A stretch of 64,000 nt of DNA, from assembly GCA_030390025.1 (NCBI GenBank), contig CM059425.1, positions 145,390,001 through 145,454,000 of the forward strand, read 5' to 3'. The position numbers and the translations under genes are program-made. Below the pieces are notes generated by a model. The model did not search any database and was not told the DNA's origin. It saw only the letters and a program-made list of their open reading frames with translations. Shown here one piece after another: positions 52,921-64,000 of the stretch (its first letter is position 1; each line of letters starts with the position of its first letter). The DNA is from Squalus acanthias (taxonomy: Eukaryota).

Positions 52921-53624
52921 GTGCCCGGGACCCTGGCACCGAGGGGGGGTGGCTATTCCCCGGGACCCTGGCACCGAGGGGGGTGGGGGGGGGTTGTTAT
53001 TCCCCGGGACCCTGGCACCAAGGGGATGGCTATTCCCCGGGACCCGGGCACCGAGGGGACGGGGTGGCTATTCCCCGGGACCCGGGCACCGAGGGGACGG
53101 GGGGGGGGGGGGGGGTGTGGCTATTCCCCGGGACCCTGGCACCAAGGGGATGGCTATTCCCCGGGACCCGGGCACCGAGGGGACGGGGGGGGGGGGGTGT
53201 GGCTATTCCCCGGGACGAGGGGACGGGGGGGGGGGGGTGTGGCTATTCCCCGGGACCCGGGCACCGAGGGGACGGCTATTCCCCGGGACCCGGGCACCGA
53301 GGGGACGGCTATTCCCCGGGACCCGGGCACCGAGGGGACGGCTATTCCCCGGGACCCGGGCACCGAGGGGACGGCTATTCCCCGGGACCCGGGCACCGAG
53401 GGGACGGCTATTCCCCGGGACCCGGGCACCGAGGGGACGGCTATTCCCCGGGACCCGGGCACCGAGGGGACGGCTATTCCCCGGGACCCGGGCACCGAGG
53501 GGACGGCTATTCCCCGGGACCCGGGCACCGAGGGGACGGCTATTCCCCGGGACCCGGGCACCGAGGGGACGGCTATTCCCCGGGACCCGGGCACCGAGGG
53601 GACGGCTATTCCCCGGGACCCGGG
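52921..53624. repeat. GC-rich 33-bp minisatellite in HMGCR intron 1
   Basis: Unit GGCTATTCCCCGGGACCCGGGCACCGAGGGGAC; 11 perfect copies 53241-53603, a partial copy after, and variant copies with poly-G inserts 52921-53240. Confidence 0.97.
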
Positions 53625-53788
53625 GGCGTTAATTCACCGAAAACAAACTGGCGCCGATTACATCACAGTCACCGGCTCAAGTCTTCCATCAGGACCCACC
53701 CCGGCCCTGCCTGCCTGCAGCGATGCCTTAAAACAAAACAGATCCATTTAAACTAAATTTCTAAAACAAAAATCAACGCTTTACTCAC

Positions 53789-53935
53789 CTGAACTTAAAA
53801 CAACCCACCGAAAACGCTTTAAAACAATCAAATTAAAAACGTGTTCACTCTTCCACTGGCCAGCTCCGACCACCCGTCACTATCTCCCTGCCGACAGCTG
53901 CAGCCCGTCTCTGCTCCAAGCAGCTAAAATGGCGA
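53789..53935 (-). other. HMGCR: Probable HMGCR non-coding exon 1 (5' boundary approximate)
   Basis: Consensus donor CAG|GTGAGTAA at 53789/53788 within a CpG-rich region directly downstream of a CCAAT cluster. Confidence 0.65.
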
Positions 53936-54170
53936 GCGCCCATCGCCCGATCTTTCCTTCCGTCTGATTGGCTGAGGGATCCCAACCTGGACATCACGCT
54001 CCTCCGAATTGGAAGGTCGTCTCATATTCGGGATCTTGCGAGGCCGAGCGCACCAATAGGACCGGAGGTTTCGGTCTGCGCTTGCCCTGATTGGCCTAAC
54101 GCAGACAGACGCAAGGGAACTTGCGACCTGTATGAATATATTATCATAAGCGGCACCGCGTCTGAATAAT
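53920..54170 (-). promoter_or_regulatory. HMGCR: HMGCR promoter candidate
   Basis: CpG-rich; CCAAT/ATTGG at 53967, 54008, 54053, 54090; YY1-like AAAATGGCG near 53926; GCGGTGCC (minus strand, 54152-54159). Confidence 0.65.
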
Positions 54171-55179
54171 TAAGTGATGTTACACAATCTGAACGTTCAG
54201 TGATATCGCTCCGCCTCCTCACATTTTGTATTCATTGATAGAATGTGGGTACTTTTGTACTGAATCTCCATATCATGTCAAAATTCATGTGAATGGCTCA
54301 GTAATGCCAACCCCACCGTCTCATAATTCATGAGACAAACTCTTAAAACAACTTGTATTAAAAATCATGAGATTTGGTAAGAAATCATGAGTTGCTATTT
54401 TTTGCGAACATAAACCAATGTAGATTGACAGTTGGTTTATAAACCTCATTAGTGGCTTTATTTAATCTCTATTAGGTCACACCTCTTTACAAAAACTATA
54501 TTAATGCATCTGAAAATGCTTCACAAAAAACGTTTTTAAAATCCTACCTGTTATCACCACATTGCTATGTTTGGGTACTCCGCTTGAGTTGCGGGTGGGT
54601 GATTTTTCAGTATCAGGTAAGTGCAAAATTATTGTTTTAAACAAAAATTAAGACTTTGTAATGCCTGGTTTTTCAAAGACTCAGCGAGGTGTGTGACAGT
54701 GCTAATGATATGGATGTCGTGTCTGACGGTGGGTGATATGTGGGCTCAGGCCACTATGGGCTGTCCCTGGAGTGACGGCCACTGTCCTGCTTCGCGGCTC
54801 ACTGTCTTCCCTATAGGCTGTTTACCATTCCCATCACAGCACCAACAGCTGCCTGTGCCATCTTCAATTAACAAAGTAATACTATGTAAGATGCTCATTG
54901 ACTTGTTGCGCATGCTTAGTATTTCCTGAGCGCTTCAGACCACGTGCTCCAAAGCTGCAGAATAAGTTCAACAAAGACGCCAAGGAGTTCCTGAAACAGT
55001 CCAACATGGTGAACTCCCAGTTGTTGTTATCCCAGTTATTATAGTTAGGTATTTCTACCATTTTTGATTCACATTCTTGACATTCACAGTGTCTCCTTTG
55101 GTCTACGAATGAGTGGCCGTTTCCAATCGCATCATCTCACTCCTGATAATGCTTTCAACACTTGAAGCACGCTCCATGC

Positions 55180-55332
55180 CAGTGTTCCCTCTAATTTATT
55201 TTTGGCCGCGTGGGCCCTTTAACGCCATTCAAAATTCCATGCATGCGCAGTTTTTTCTATTTAAAAGCCAGCTCAATAGCTGCGCGGGACCTTCAGAGCG
55301 TTGTGCGGCCGTGCAACTTAAAAGGAACGTTG
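55180..55332. mobile_element. hAT-type MITE
   Basis: TIR cagtgttccctctaa...ttaaaaggaacgttg; TSD ctccatgc / ctccacac (6 of 8). Confidence 0.75.
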
Positions 55333-55494
55333 CTCCACACTCTTTCATTTGAAAGATTTGAATTGAAGTGCTATGGGAAAGCAGCCCACCATTCTGAAGA
55401 CAGTTGAATATCAATGTTCTGGTATCTCTGCAACACACTTTATAATTAATACTCACCATAACACCTATATAATATGTGCCTTGCTAAGTCACTA

Positions 55495-56805
55495 CGTAAG
55501 AATATAAGAATTAGGAGCAGGCCAGATGGCCCCTCGAGCCTGCTCTGCAATTCAATAAGATCAGGACTGATCCACTTTCCTGTCCGATTCCCATGTCCCT
55601 TGATTCCCCATGAGTCCAGAAATCTATCTATTTCAACCTTGAATATACTCAACGACTCAGCATCCACAGCCCTTTCAGGTAGAGAATTCCAAAGATACAC
55701 AACCCTCTGAGTGAGGGAATTCCTCCTCATCTCAGTCCTAAATGGCCGACGCCTTATCCTGAGACTGTGACCCCTAGTTCTAGACTCTCCAACCAGGGGA
55801 AACAACCTCTCAGTGTCTACCCTGTCAATCCCCCTCAGAACTTATGTGTTTCAATGAGATCACCTCTCATTCTTCTAAACTCCAGAGAGTATAGGCCCAA
55901 TCTACTCAATCTCTCCTCATAGGACAATCCTCTCATCCCAGGGATCAATATAGTGAACCTTCGTTGCACCGCCTCTAAGGCATGTATGTCATTTCTCAGA
56001 TAAGGAGACCAAAACTATGCACAGTACTCCAGGTATGGTCTCACCAAAGCCCTGTACAATTGTAGTAAGACTTCCTTACTCTTGTACTCCAACCCCCTTG
56101 CAATAAAGGCCAACATGCCATTTGCCTTCCTAATTGCTTGCTGTACCTGCATGCTAACTTTGTGTTTCCTGTACGAGGACACCTAAATCTCTCTGAACAC
56201 CAACATTTAATAGTTTCTCACCATTTAAAAAATATTCTGTTTTTCTATTCTTCCTACCAAAGTGAATAACCTCACATTATGCTCCATCTGCCACCTTATT
56301 GGCCACTCACCTAACCTGTCTATATCCCTTTGCAGGCACTTTGTATCCTCCTCACAGCTTACTTTCCCACCTAGCTTTGTATCATCAGCAAACTTGGATA
56401 CATTACACTCGATCCCTTCATCTAAGTCATTAATATAGATTGTAAATAGCTGAGGCCCAAGCACTGATCCTTGAGACACCCCACTAGTTACAGCCTGCCA
56501 ACCTGAAAATGACCCGTTTATCCCTACTCTCTGTTTTCTGTCCTTTAACCAATCCTCTATCCATGCTAATATATTACCCCCAACCCCATTAGCCCTTATC
56601 ATGCGTAGCAATCTTTTATGTGGCACCTTATCAAATGTCTTTTGGAAATCCAAATATATTAGAACTACTGGTTCCCTTTTATCTACCCTGCTAGTTACAT
56701 CCTCAAAAACCTCTAACAAATTTGGTAAACACGATTTCCCTTTCATAAAACCAGTTGACTGTGCCTAATAATATGATTTTCTAAGTGCCCTGTTACCACT
56801 TCCCT
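55495..56805 (-). mobile_element. CR1 LINE, 5'-truncated
   Basis: RT ORF 56225-56746 ([20 protein letters not shown]) and CR1 3' end. Confidence 0.93.
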
Positions 56806-57117
56806 TATGCTGTTAGATATAAAAAAACATTTCCCCTTTACGAATATTATGACTTCCATATTCCAGTGCGAAATTTTTTTTTTGCTGTCAGTTTTTCTAT
56901 ATTGAGTTTATAGTTTATGAACCTAACCTGAAATCGAGGCGTACATAACTCCATAAGGAGGGTAATGCGAAGACTGGGCAAGCTATACACCTTGAATCAG
57001 GTCGGATGGCAAAAGCACTCCACCCTGCGCCTTCCAGAGATTTCTCAGGATTCAGTGGATGGACCCCATGTTAATATGTGTGCATCATTTGAATGATCAT
57101 ATTCAGCACCTCTCCAG

Positions 57118-57252
57118 CAATGTTGCCCCTAAGTGCCGCGCACCAATCGAGAGGTCCTGTGCAGGCCGCTCACCAGCTGCTGCCGCTGGAAAAGTTACCA
57201 CGCAGCAAATTAAAGGGACCGTGCACCAAAAAAAAAATTAGAGGGAACATTG
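57118..57252. mobile_element. hAT-type MITE
   Basis: TIR caatgttgcccctaa...ttagagggaacattg; perfect 8-bp TSD ctctccag (57110-57117 and 57253-57260). Confidence 0.85.
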
Positions 57253-57274
57253 CTCTCCAGAGCTTAGAATCGGC

Positions 57275-57482
57275 TGAAGAGGAGGAGGGAAGTCCTGGCG
57301 AACATTTATTCCTTAACCAACATCACATTGCTGTTCGTGGGAGCTTGCTGTGTGTAAAATTGACTGGTGTGCTACCTACATTGCAACAATGAAAACACTT
57401 TAAAAGTACTTAATTGTCTGTAAAGCACTTTGGGACATCCTGAGGTCGTGAAAGGCGCTATATAAATGCAAGTCTTTATTTA
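57275..57482 (+). mobile_element. SacSINE1-like SINE 3' part
   Basis: ...ctgtaaagcactttgggacatcctgaggtcgtgaaaggcgctatataaatgcaagtc. Confidence 0.75.
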
Positions 57483-57858
57483 TTAACTTGCTGGTGCCCA
57501 CTGCTTCATTCATTTATTGATTAGCTGGTGTGCCCGTTGTTCCATTAATGTATCAGTAGTTTCTTGGTGACTGCTGCTCTGTCAATTTATTGATTTGCTG
57601 GTCTGTCAATTTATTGATTTGCTGGTCTGTCAATTTATTGATTTGCTGGTCTGTCAATTTATTGATTTGTTGGTCTGTCTGCTACTCTGTGAGTTTATTA
57701 ATACACTGGCAGGGCTACTCTACTCATTGATTTGTCGGTTTGCCCACTGCTCCATTAATTTATTATCTCACTGATGTCTGTTTCTCCATTAATTTATTGA
57801 TTTATTAGTGTGCCTGGTGCTCTATGAATTTATTAATTACATTAATTCACTGGTGCCT
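57483..57858. repeat. Degenerate AT-rich tandem array with four 24-bp copies
   Basis: CTGTCAATTTATTGATTTGCTGGT at 57579, 57603, 57627, 57651 (last copy has one mismatch), embedded in looser units. Confidence 0.85.
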
Positions 57859-58415
57859 GTTGTAAGAACACTGGCGTCAGTACCCTGACAAGAATATTAT
57901 CAAATGCGCCAGACAAATCCTTAACCCTTCACCTTACTTTGTTAACAACCGCCTGCAATTTACCCCCAGTTTATGCCTACAAGTTAATAATGCCTAAATT
58001 TGGCTCACCGAATTGTCTTCTATCAACTAGTTCAGATTATATTAGCATTTACACTACCAACCTCCCATCAGGATCCACACAATCTAGTGCATGAATGAAT
58101 CTTTTCTTGCAAATTATCAAAGAAAAGTCAGACAACAAAGTCATGAGCTAACAACTGTTTATTAACCTTTCAATCATAGATAGCAGCACTTAAACTTAGA
58201 TATTGAGTACGCAAATAATTAATTAGTGGCTAGGGTTAATTGACAAAATGAATAACAGGTAGAAAGGCAGTTCCGTAATTCAGCAGTGACTGCTTGCTGA
58301 TTATAAATTTATAGTTGAGATCATTGTCTGAGATTGATATAAATTGGTGAGATTAATTTAGGATGACAAGTTAACAACATTAGATAGCCAGTCTCTTGAA
58401 TAGGTTAAAGTCTAT

Positions 58416-59088
58416 GGCTGTGAAATTCGGCACCTTAGCGCCGGATGATAAGGCTGGTTTCCGAGAAAAATTGGCAGCCATCTCGCTTCCACCCACTTCC
58501 GGCATGGAAAGTGGCGGCCGCCATTTTGGGCAGGTTGGCAGTACTGCCGTTGCCTGCACTCGATACAAATATGGTAATTAGTCATATCGTGACGTCAATC
58601 GATGTGCAACGCTGAATTGACGCAAAACCTGCTATTTTGGACGTCGCCGCTCCTTTCAATGCCCTCTCCAAAGCATGCACACCTGAACGTGTGTTCAGCT
58701 GCATGACGGATCCCCCACCAGCGCTTCTTAAAGGGACACACGCAACTTTGAGGTAAGTTTAGCTTTTTGCTTTTGTACTGGTTTCTTTACATTTTATTTG
58801 AGTAGTGCTCACCTTTAAGAGGTGCAGACTGCCTTTAACAGGCGGAGGCTAGCATTAAGTAAAGCTTTAAGTAAAGCTAGCCTCGCTCGAACATTGAGAA
58901 CTTTGGTTCCCTGCTGAGCGCACAGCCTGTCAGCAGCGCATTCAGTGTTGGGCTGTGCTCTACAATCATTTAAAGTAGCAGGCAGCACGACTTCAGGCAC
59001 GTGCTGCCTGAACTCCTTTTAACAGGCGCGGGAATATCGCACATTGCAGTGCCCGCGCCCGTTTTTGAACGTTATCAAATTTCACCCT
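58416..59088. mobile_element. Putative MITE-like DNA element
   Basis: Imperfect TIR ggctgtgaaattcg / caaatttcaccct; CpG-rich interior. Confidence 0.4.
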
Positions 59089-59359
59089 GAACGCTATTCA
59101 GGAGTGCACAAATTTGAGCCCTCCCCCACTGTAGGGTAATTACCCTGCGCATAAATGGTGAGGTCCAAAGAGCCCCGGATATTGGGCCTCGGACCTCATT
59201 GACATAGAGATGGTATTGCGGGAGGAGGTCATGCAGGTAAATTGCTGGAAGTTTGTGCCCACCCGTACGTGATCAGTGGCCAGGGTGGGATCGTGGGCCT
59301 CGGGGGTGGGATCGCGATCGCACCTTCGGGGATGGGATCGCGATCGGGCCTCGGGGGGA

Positions 59360-59655
59360 GGGATATCCTGGCCACTCTCTCTGGGGGTTACTGTATTACG
59401 CCCCCAGATCTGTCCAAACACCTGTAGCGGCTCTTCAGCACACCAATGTCTCTCTCACAAACAGCCTGGTGGAGACATGTGCCTCATTATACCTGGACCT
59501 CTGCCTCAGTCTGTGGTGCCCGAAATGGTGCCATGAGCCATGGCAGCAGTGGGTATGTCTTGTCTCCATATTAGCCAACCATCTTGCCAATCACCCTCCC
59601 GAAGCATGCGGGATGTGACGGAATTCCTCACAATGAAGGCATCATGGCATTGACA
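59360..59655 (-). pseudogene. PIF/Harbinger transposase (HARBI1-like DDE nuclease) relic, apparently continuing at 61442-61462
   Basis: Frameshifted minus-strand translation CHDAFIVRNS...GWLI/GDKTYPLLPWLMAPFRAPQTEAE/RYNEAHVSTR/ERDIGVLKSRYRCLDRSGGVIQ*PPERVARI. Confidence 0.85.
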
Positions 59656-59738
59656 TGTAAGATAGAGCGTACCTGTAGGATTTAGTAAACATTGTTAAGA
59701 TTTTAAACCATTGTTAAATAACTATAATATATGATAAG

Positions 59739-60589
59739 GTGCCCAACCCCCTATTCAGAGTAGAAAATATAGGAGTGGTAAAAGGAAATACCATTAGCCG
59801 ATTTCTCACGGCGCCACAATGGTTAGTACAGTTGGAAAAACTATCGTGGATCGAACCAAACCTACAAGGATGTAGTACAAATGAGGATGCCCTTGTTTGC
59901 CCATACAGTTTGTATGATCATTCAAAGGACACATGTGGGTATGGTTGGAATAAAGAGAATTGAAACTGTACTATGGAGGTGACAGGTCCGTCAGATGTAA
60001 GAACTAGAACAGCTTATGTACGGGAAGGGAGGTATTGTTTTACCACTTTAGAAAACTTCTATCATCACTCAAATGTTCAATAGACCCGGGAACCTACTGT
60101 ATCACACCTACCAAGACCACGGTAATAGGAGGAAGAACCCTCCTTGCAGTGGCCTCACATGACCAGCAGGTATTACAAGTCGAAGATGACTTAAATATAA
60201 ATCTAGAGGACTATGTCACTAAATTCGGATATGATATCCCTGAGCTACCTGAAGCCTTAACAGAATTAATGAACCAAGTGAGCGCCTTCCAACACCATTA
60301 TTATACACTGGTGCGAGGGAATAAAGCCATAGCCAAGGAAATTCCAGATATAGAAGATCCAACACGTTGGTGGGATATAGGGACGAACTTAGAAATTCCT
60401 CCTTGGATTAGGATAATTTCACATGTACTGGTCATAACCCAACTCTTGGTACTGATATGCTTACTATTCTACACCTGCTACTTGAGGCACCTAACATACA
60501 AAACTCAATCACGTTTAAACATGATCACAGCCCAGAATATCTTGGAGTTACATAAACGTGGGAGAACGAACCCATATGTAAGAATTTAG
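59739..60589 (+). pseudogene. Envelope/fusion glycoprotein remnant (C-terminal part)
   Basis: Cys-rich ectodomain, one in-frame TGA (59961-59963), one frameshift near 60065, WWD...PPWIRI, then hydrophobic TM IISHVLVITQLLVLICLLFYTCYL and a short tail, directly upstream of the 3' LTR. Confidence 0.8.
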
Positions 60590-60631
60590 TTTGCGGGGTC
60601 GGCAAAATGCCTCGCCCTCAAGGTAGTGATT

Positions 60632-61437
60632 TGTAAGATAAAGCGTACCTGTAGGATTTAGTAAACATTGTTAAGATTTTAAACCATTGTTAAATAACTA
60701 TAATATATGATAATGTGTGTTACAAACCTGAAGCCTGCCTAAAATGGCGAACGGCTGAGAAGCAAAGCAGGATGGGAAATTAAGCCAACCTGGGTTAACC
60801 CTGTTAAATATGCTGAAGTAATGAGATGTTCTGTTACATTGAGTGAATCAGGAGATAGTAGGAGACATGGAATTCAGTGATGTTATGAAGGAAGATCAGA
60901 GACAGTCACCATTCCATATCTCCTGAAACTGCAGAATCAGCTGAAAATGTCTAGAACTGTTTAGAGTAAAACATCTGAAGAACTTCGTGTGAAGGTTGCC
61001 TTTGTAAAGTTCTCAGATAAGGATAGCTTGGTATGCAAGAAAAGAGGACTGGGAGGATGATTAACAAGGTCACAAGATGACTATTGAGGGGGTTACAATT
61101 AACAGATACCAGATGGTTACTAACTGCCACGTAGGCAAAAGGGAGAAAAGGGTATAAAAGTACAGGTATTGAACACCGAAAGCAGCGCGAAACCAGAGGA
61201 CGAGAAGCTTCAGTCAACAGAACACAGCAAGAGTCAAAAGAGGCTGCGCCACAGTCACCCGGAGGGCATGCCGGGGTTTCGAGGAACAGACTGCGACTAT
61301 CATCTTATTAAGTATTACTTCTTTGTACTGGATGTAAAGTACTTAATAAACCTGTTTTACTTATACACAATATACCTGTACCCGGAGTGGTTTGTTATAG
61401 TCACGGACAAATTAATCCAGAGAGGTTAAAAGTTACA
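60632..61437 (+). repeat. 3' LTR, 806 bp
   Basis: TG...CA ends; TATAAAA 61153-61159; AATAAA 61345-61350; decayed purine tract aaggtagtga just upstream. Confidence 0.88.
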
Positions 61438-61463
61438 GACATGCAGGAAGCGCAGATGGGAGT

Positions 61464-64000
61464 CATAGATACATAGATACATAGAAGATAGGAGCAGGAG
61501 TAGGCCATCCGGCCCTTCGAGCCTGCTCCGCCATTTAATGAGATCATGGCTGATCCTTCAATTCAGTATCCCGTCCCCGCCTTCTCTCCGTAACCCTTAA
61601 CCCCTTTTGCCTGTAGAAATATATCTAATTCCCTCTTAAATATATTTAATGAGCTGGCGTACACTGCCCTCTGTGGCAATGAGTTCCACAGGTTCACCAC
61701 TCTCTGAGTGAAGAAATTCCCCCTCATTTCTGTCCTAAATGGTTTAGCCCTTATCCTTAAATTATGTCCTCTAGTTCTGTTCTCACCCGCCAAGGGAAAC
61801 ATTCCTTCTGCATCTAATCTGTCTAGACCTGTCAGAATTTTATACACTTCTATGAGGTCCCCTCTCAATCTTCTAAACTCCAGTGTGTACATCCCTAAAC
61901 TACATAGTCTCTCCTCATAGGTCAATCCCGCCATTCCTGGTATCAGCCTGGTGAATCGCCGCTGCACCCCCTCCATGGCAAGAACATCTTTCCTCAGATG
62001 AGGCGACCAAAACTGTACACAGTACTCGAGGTGTGGTCTCACCAGTGCCCTGTACAGCTGCAGCAAGGTATCCCTGTTCCTGTATTCCAACCCTTTTGCT
62101 ATGAAGGCCAGCATACCGTTTGCCTTCTTGACCGCCTGTTGCACCTGCATGCTCGCCTTCAGTGACTGGTGTACAAGAACACCCAGGTCTCTCTGTACTT
62201 CCCCCTCTCCCAATTTATTGCCATTTAAATAATAATTTGCCCTCCCGTTCCTGCACCCAAGGTGGATAACTTCGCACTTGTCCACATTATAGTGCATCTG
62301 CCATTTATCCGCCCAATCACCCAGTCTGTCCAAATCGCTCTGGAGCTTCCTGGTCTCCTCCTCTGAGCCCACCCCCCCTCCTAGTTTAGTGTCGTCTGCA
62401 AATTTGGAAATGCTGCATTCGACTCCCTGATCCAGGTCATTAATATAAATTGTGAACAGCTGGGGACCCAGGACAGATCCCTGTGGTACCCCACTTGTTA
62501 CTGCCTGCCATTCAGAAAATGAGCCGTTTATTCCAACTCTCTGTTTTCTATCTGACAGCCAGTTCTCTATCCACGTCAATACTTTCCCCTTTATCCCATG
62601 AGCTTCAATTTTCCATGCTAATCTTTTATGTGGGACCTTATCGAAGGCCTTTTGGAAGTCCAGGTACACCACATCTACTGGCTCTCCCCCATCTATTTTA
62701 CCAGTTACTCCCTCAAAAAATTCCAATAGATTAGTCAAGCACGATTTACCCTTTGTAAATCCATGTTGACTCTGTCCTATCCTGTCCCCATTTGCTAAGT
62801 GCTCGGCTATTTCATCCTTAATGATGGACTCCAGCATTTTGCCCACAACTGATGTAAGGCTTACAGGTCTGTAATTACCTGCTTTTTCCCTACCCCCCTT
62901 TTTGAATAGTGGGGTAACGTTAGCTACCCTCCAATCCATGGGCACTGTTCCCGAGTCTAATGAATTCTGAAAAATCATGCTTAGTGCATCCGCTATCTCT
63001 AGGGCCACCTCCTTCAGTACCCTAGGATGCATGTTATCAGGCCCTGGGGATTTGTCCGCCTTCAATCCCTTTAGCTTCCTTAACACCATATCCTTAGAGA
63101 TATTGATTTGCGTCAGTTCCTCCTTTGCCAATGTCCCTATTTTTCCCGATATCCCAGGGAGGTTTTTTGTGTCTTCCTTCGTAAAGACTGACCCAAAGTA
63201 TGCATTTAGTTGGTCTGCCATTTCCTTATTTCCCATTATATATTCCCCCGTATCTGACTGCAATGGACCAACTTTGGTTTTCACCAGTCTTTTCCTCTTG
63301 ATATACTTATAAAAGCTTTTGGAGTTAGTTTTTATATTTTCCGCCAGCTTGCTTTCGTAAGCTATTTTGCCCTTCTTGATTAAGCCCTTTGCCCTCCTTT
63401 GCTCTATCTTAAACTGTTCCCAATCTTCCGCTCTGGCGCGTTTTTTGGCTATTTTATACGCCCTATCTTTGGATTTTATGCTGTCTCTAATTTCCCCTGT
63501 TATCCACGGTTGAGTCACCTTTTTAGATTTCCTTTTATGCCAGATTGGTATAAACAATTTTTGCAATTTTGTCATTCTATCTTTAAATGCTTGCCATTGT
63601 TTATCTACCTCCAGTCCTCCCAGGAACGTTGTCCAATCAGACCTACTCAGTTCCCGTCTAATGGCATCATAATTCCCCTTGTTTAAATTCAGGACCTGAG
63701 TCTCTGAGTCAATTTCTTCGCTCTCCATTTCGAGTGAGAAATCGATCATGTTATGATCGCTCTGACCCAAGGGTCCCCGTACAACAAGATTACTAATTAG
63801 TCCCTTCTCATTGCACAGTACCCAGTCCAATATAGCCTGTTCCCGAGTTGGTTCCTCGACATATTGATCCAGATAACCATCCCTTAAACACTCAAGGAAT
63901 TCCTCCTCCTCATTATTTTTACTGATTTGGCTAGTCCAATCTATATGTAAGTTAAAGTCACCTATGATGACAGCTGTGCTCTTATTGCACGCTTCTCTAA
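61464..64000 (-). mobile_element. Young CR1 LINE; ORF2 open from window edge to stop at 61563
   Basis: Uninterrupted frame 63998-61563 with IIGDFN and SDH (APE endonuclease), GVPQGSVLGP and FADDTKL (RT); (catagata)n tail. Confidence 0.97.

Larger units (their letters stand above)
59656..61437 (+). mobile_element. Internally deleted LTR provirus (endogenous retrovirus-like): 5' LTR stub, env 3' part, complete 3' LTR
   Basis: 59656-59737 matches 60632-60713 at 81 of 82 nt; TGTAA...TTACA termini; 4-bp TSD GACA (59652-59655, 61438-61441). Confidence 0.9.

Noticed and set aside
53241-53624. CRISPR-like regular repeat
   Set aside because: Units are directly adjacent with no unique spacers, no cas genes, and the context is eukaryotic
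52851-53756. Long Gly/Pro/Arg-rich ORFs in all three + frames and one - frame
   Set aside because: Artefact of a stop-free 33-bp tandem repeat; no splice or homology support
54300-55410. Possible hAT transposase C-terminal remnant (minus strand SEWWA...SNERVWS after removing the MITE)
   Set aside because: Only two short motif resemblances with stops and shifts; not supportable without a profile search
57861-58400. Possible LTR fragment beginning tgtaag
   Set aside because: No second terminus, TSD or second copy found

Overview
Vertebrate genomic DNA, most likely a shark or other cartilaginous fish (inferred from the repeat families). The window holds the complete HMGCR gene on the minus strand: 19 coding exons from 46079 to 20754, an 890-aa product, and a probable non-coding exon 1 and CCAAT-rich promoter at about 53.8-54.2 kb. 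It lies tail-to-tail with the last three START-domain exons of CERT1 (COL4A3BP) on the plus strand, the same arrangement as in human. Introns and flanks are rich in CR1 and L2 LINEs, Deu-type and other tRNA SINEs, Penelope-like terminal fragments carrying hammerhead-ribozyme-like cores, and a hAT-type MITE family with 8-bp TSDs. Upstream of HMGCR is a nested cluster: a Harbinger transposase relic interrupted by an internally deleted LTR provirus (4-bp TSD) whose env remnant looks foamy/loki-like rather than gamma-type, followed by a CR1 whose ORF2 is open to the window edge. Other oddities are a GC-AG intron in HMGCR and a CpG-rich 33-bp minisatellite just inside HMGCR intron 1. All calls come from reading the sequence by eye; no database searches were run.
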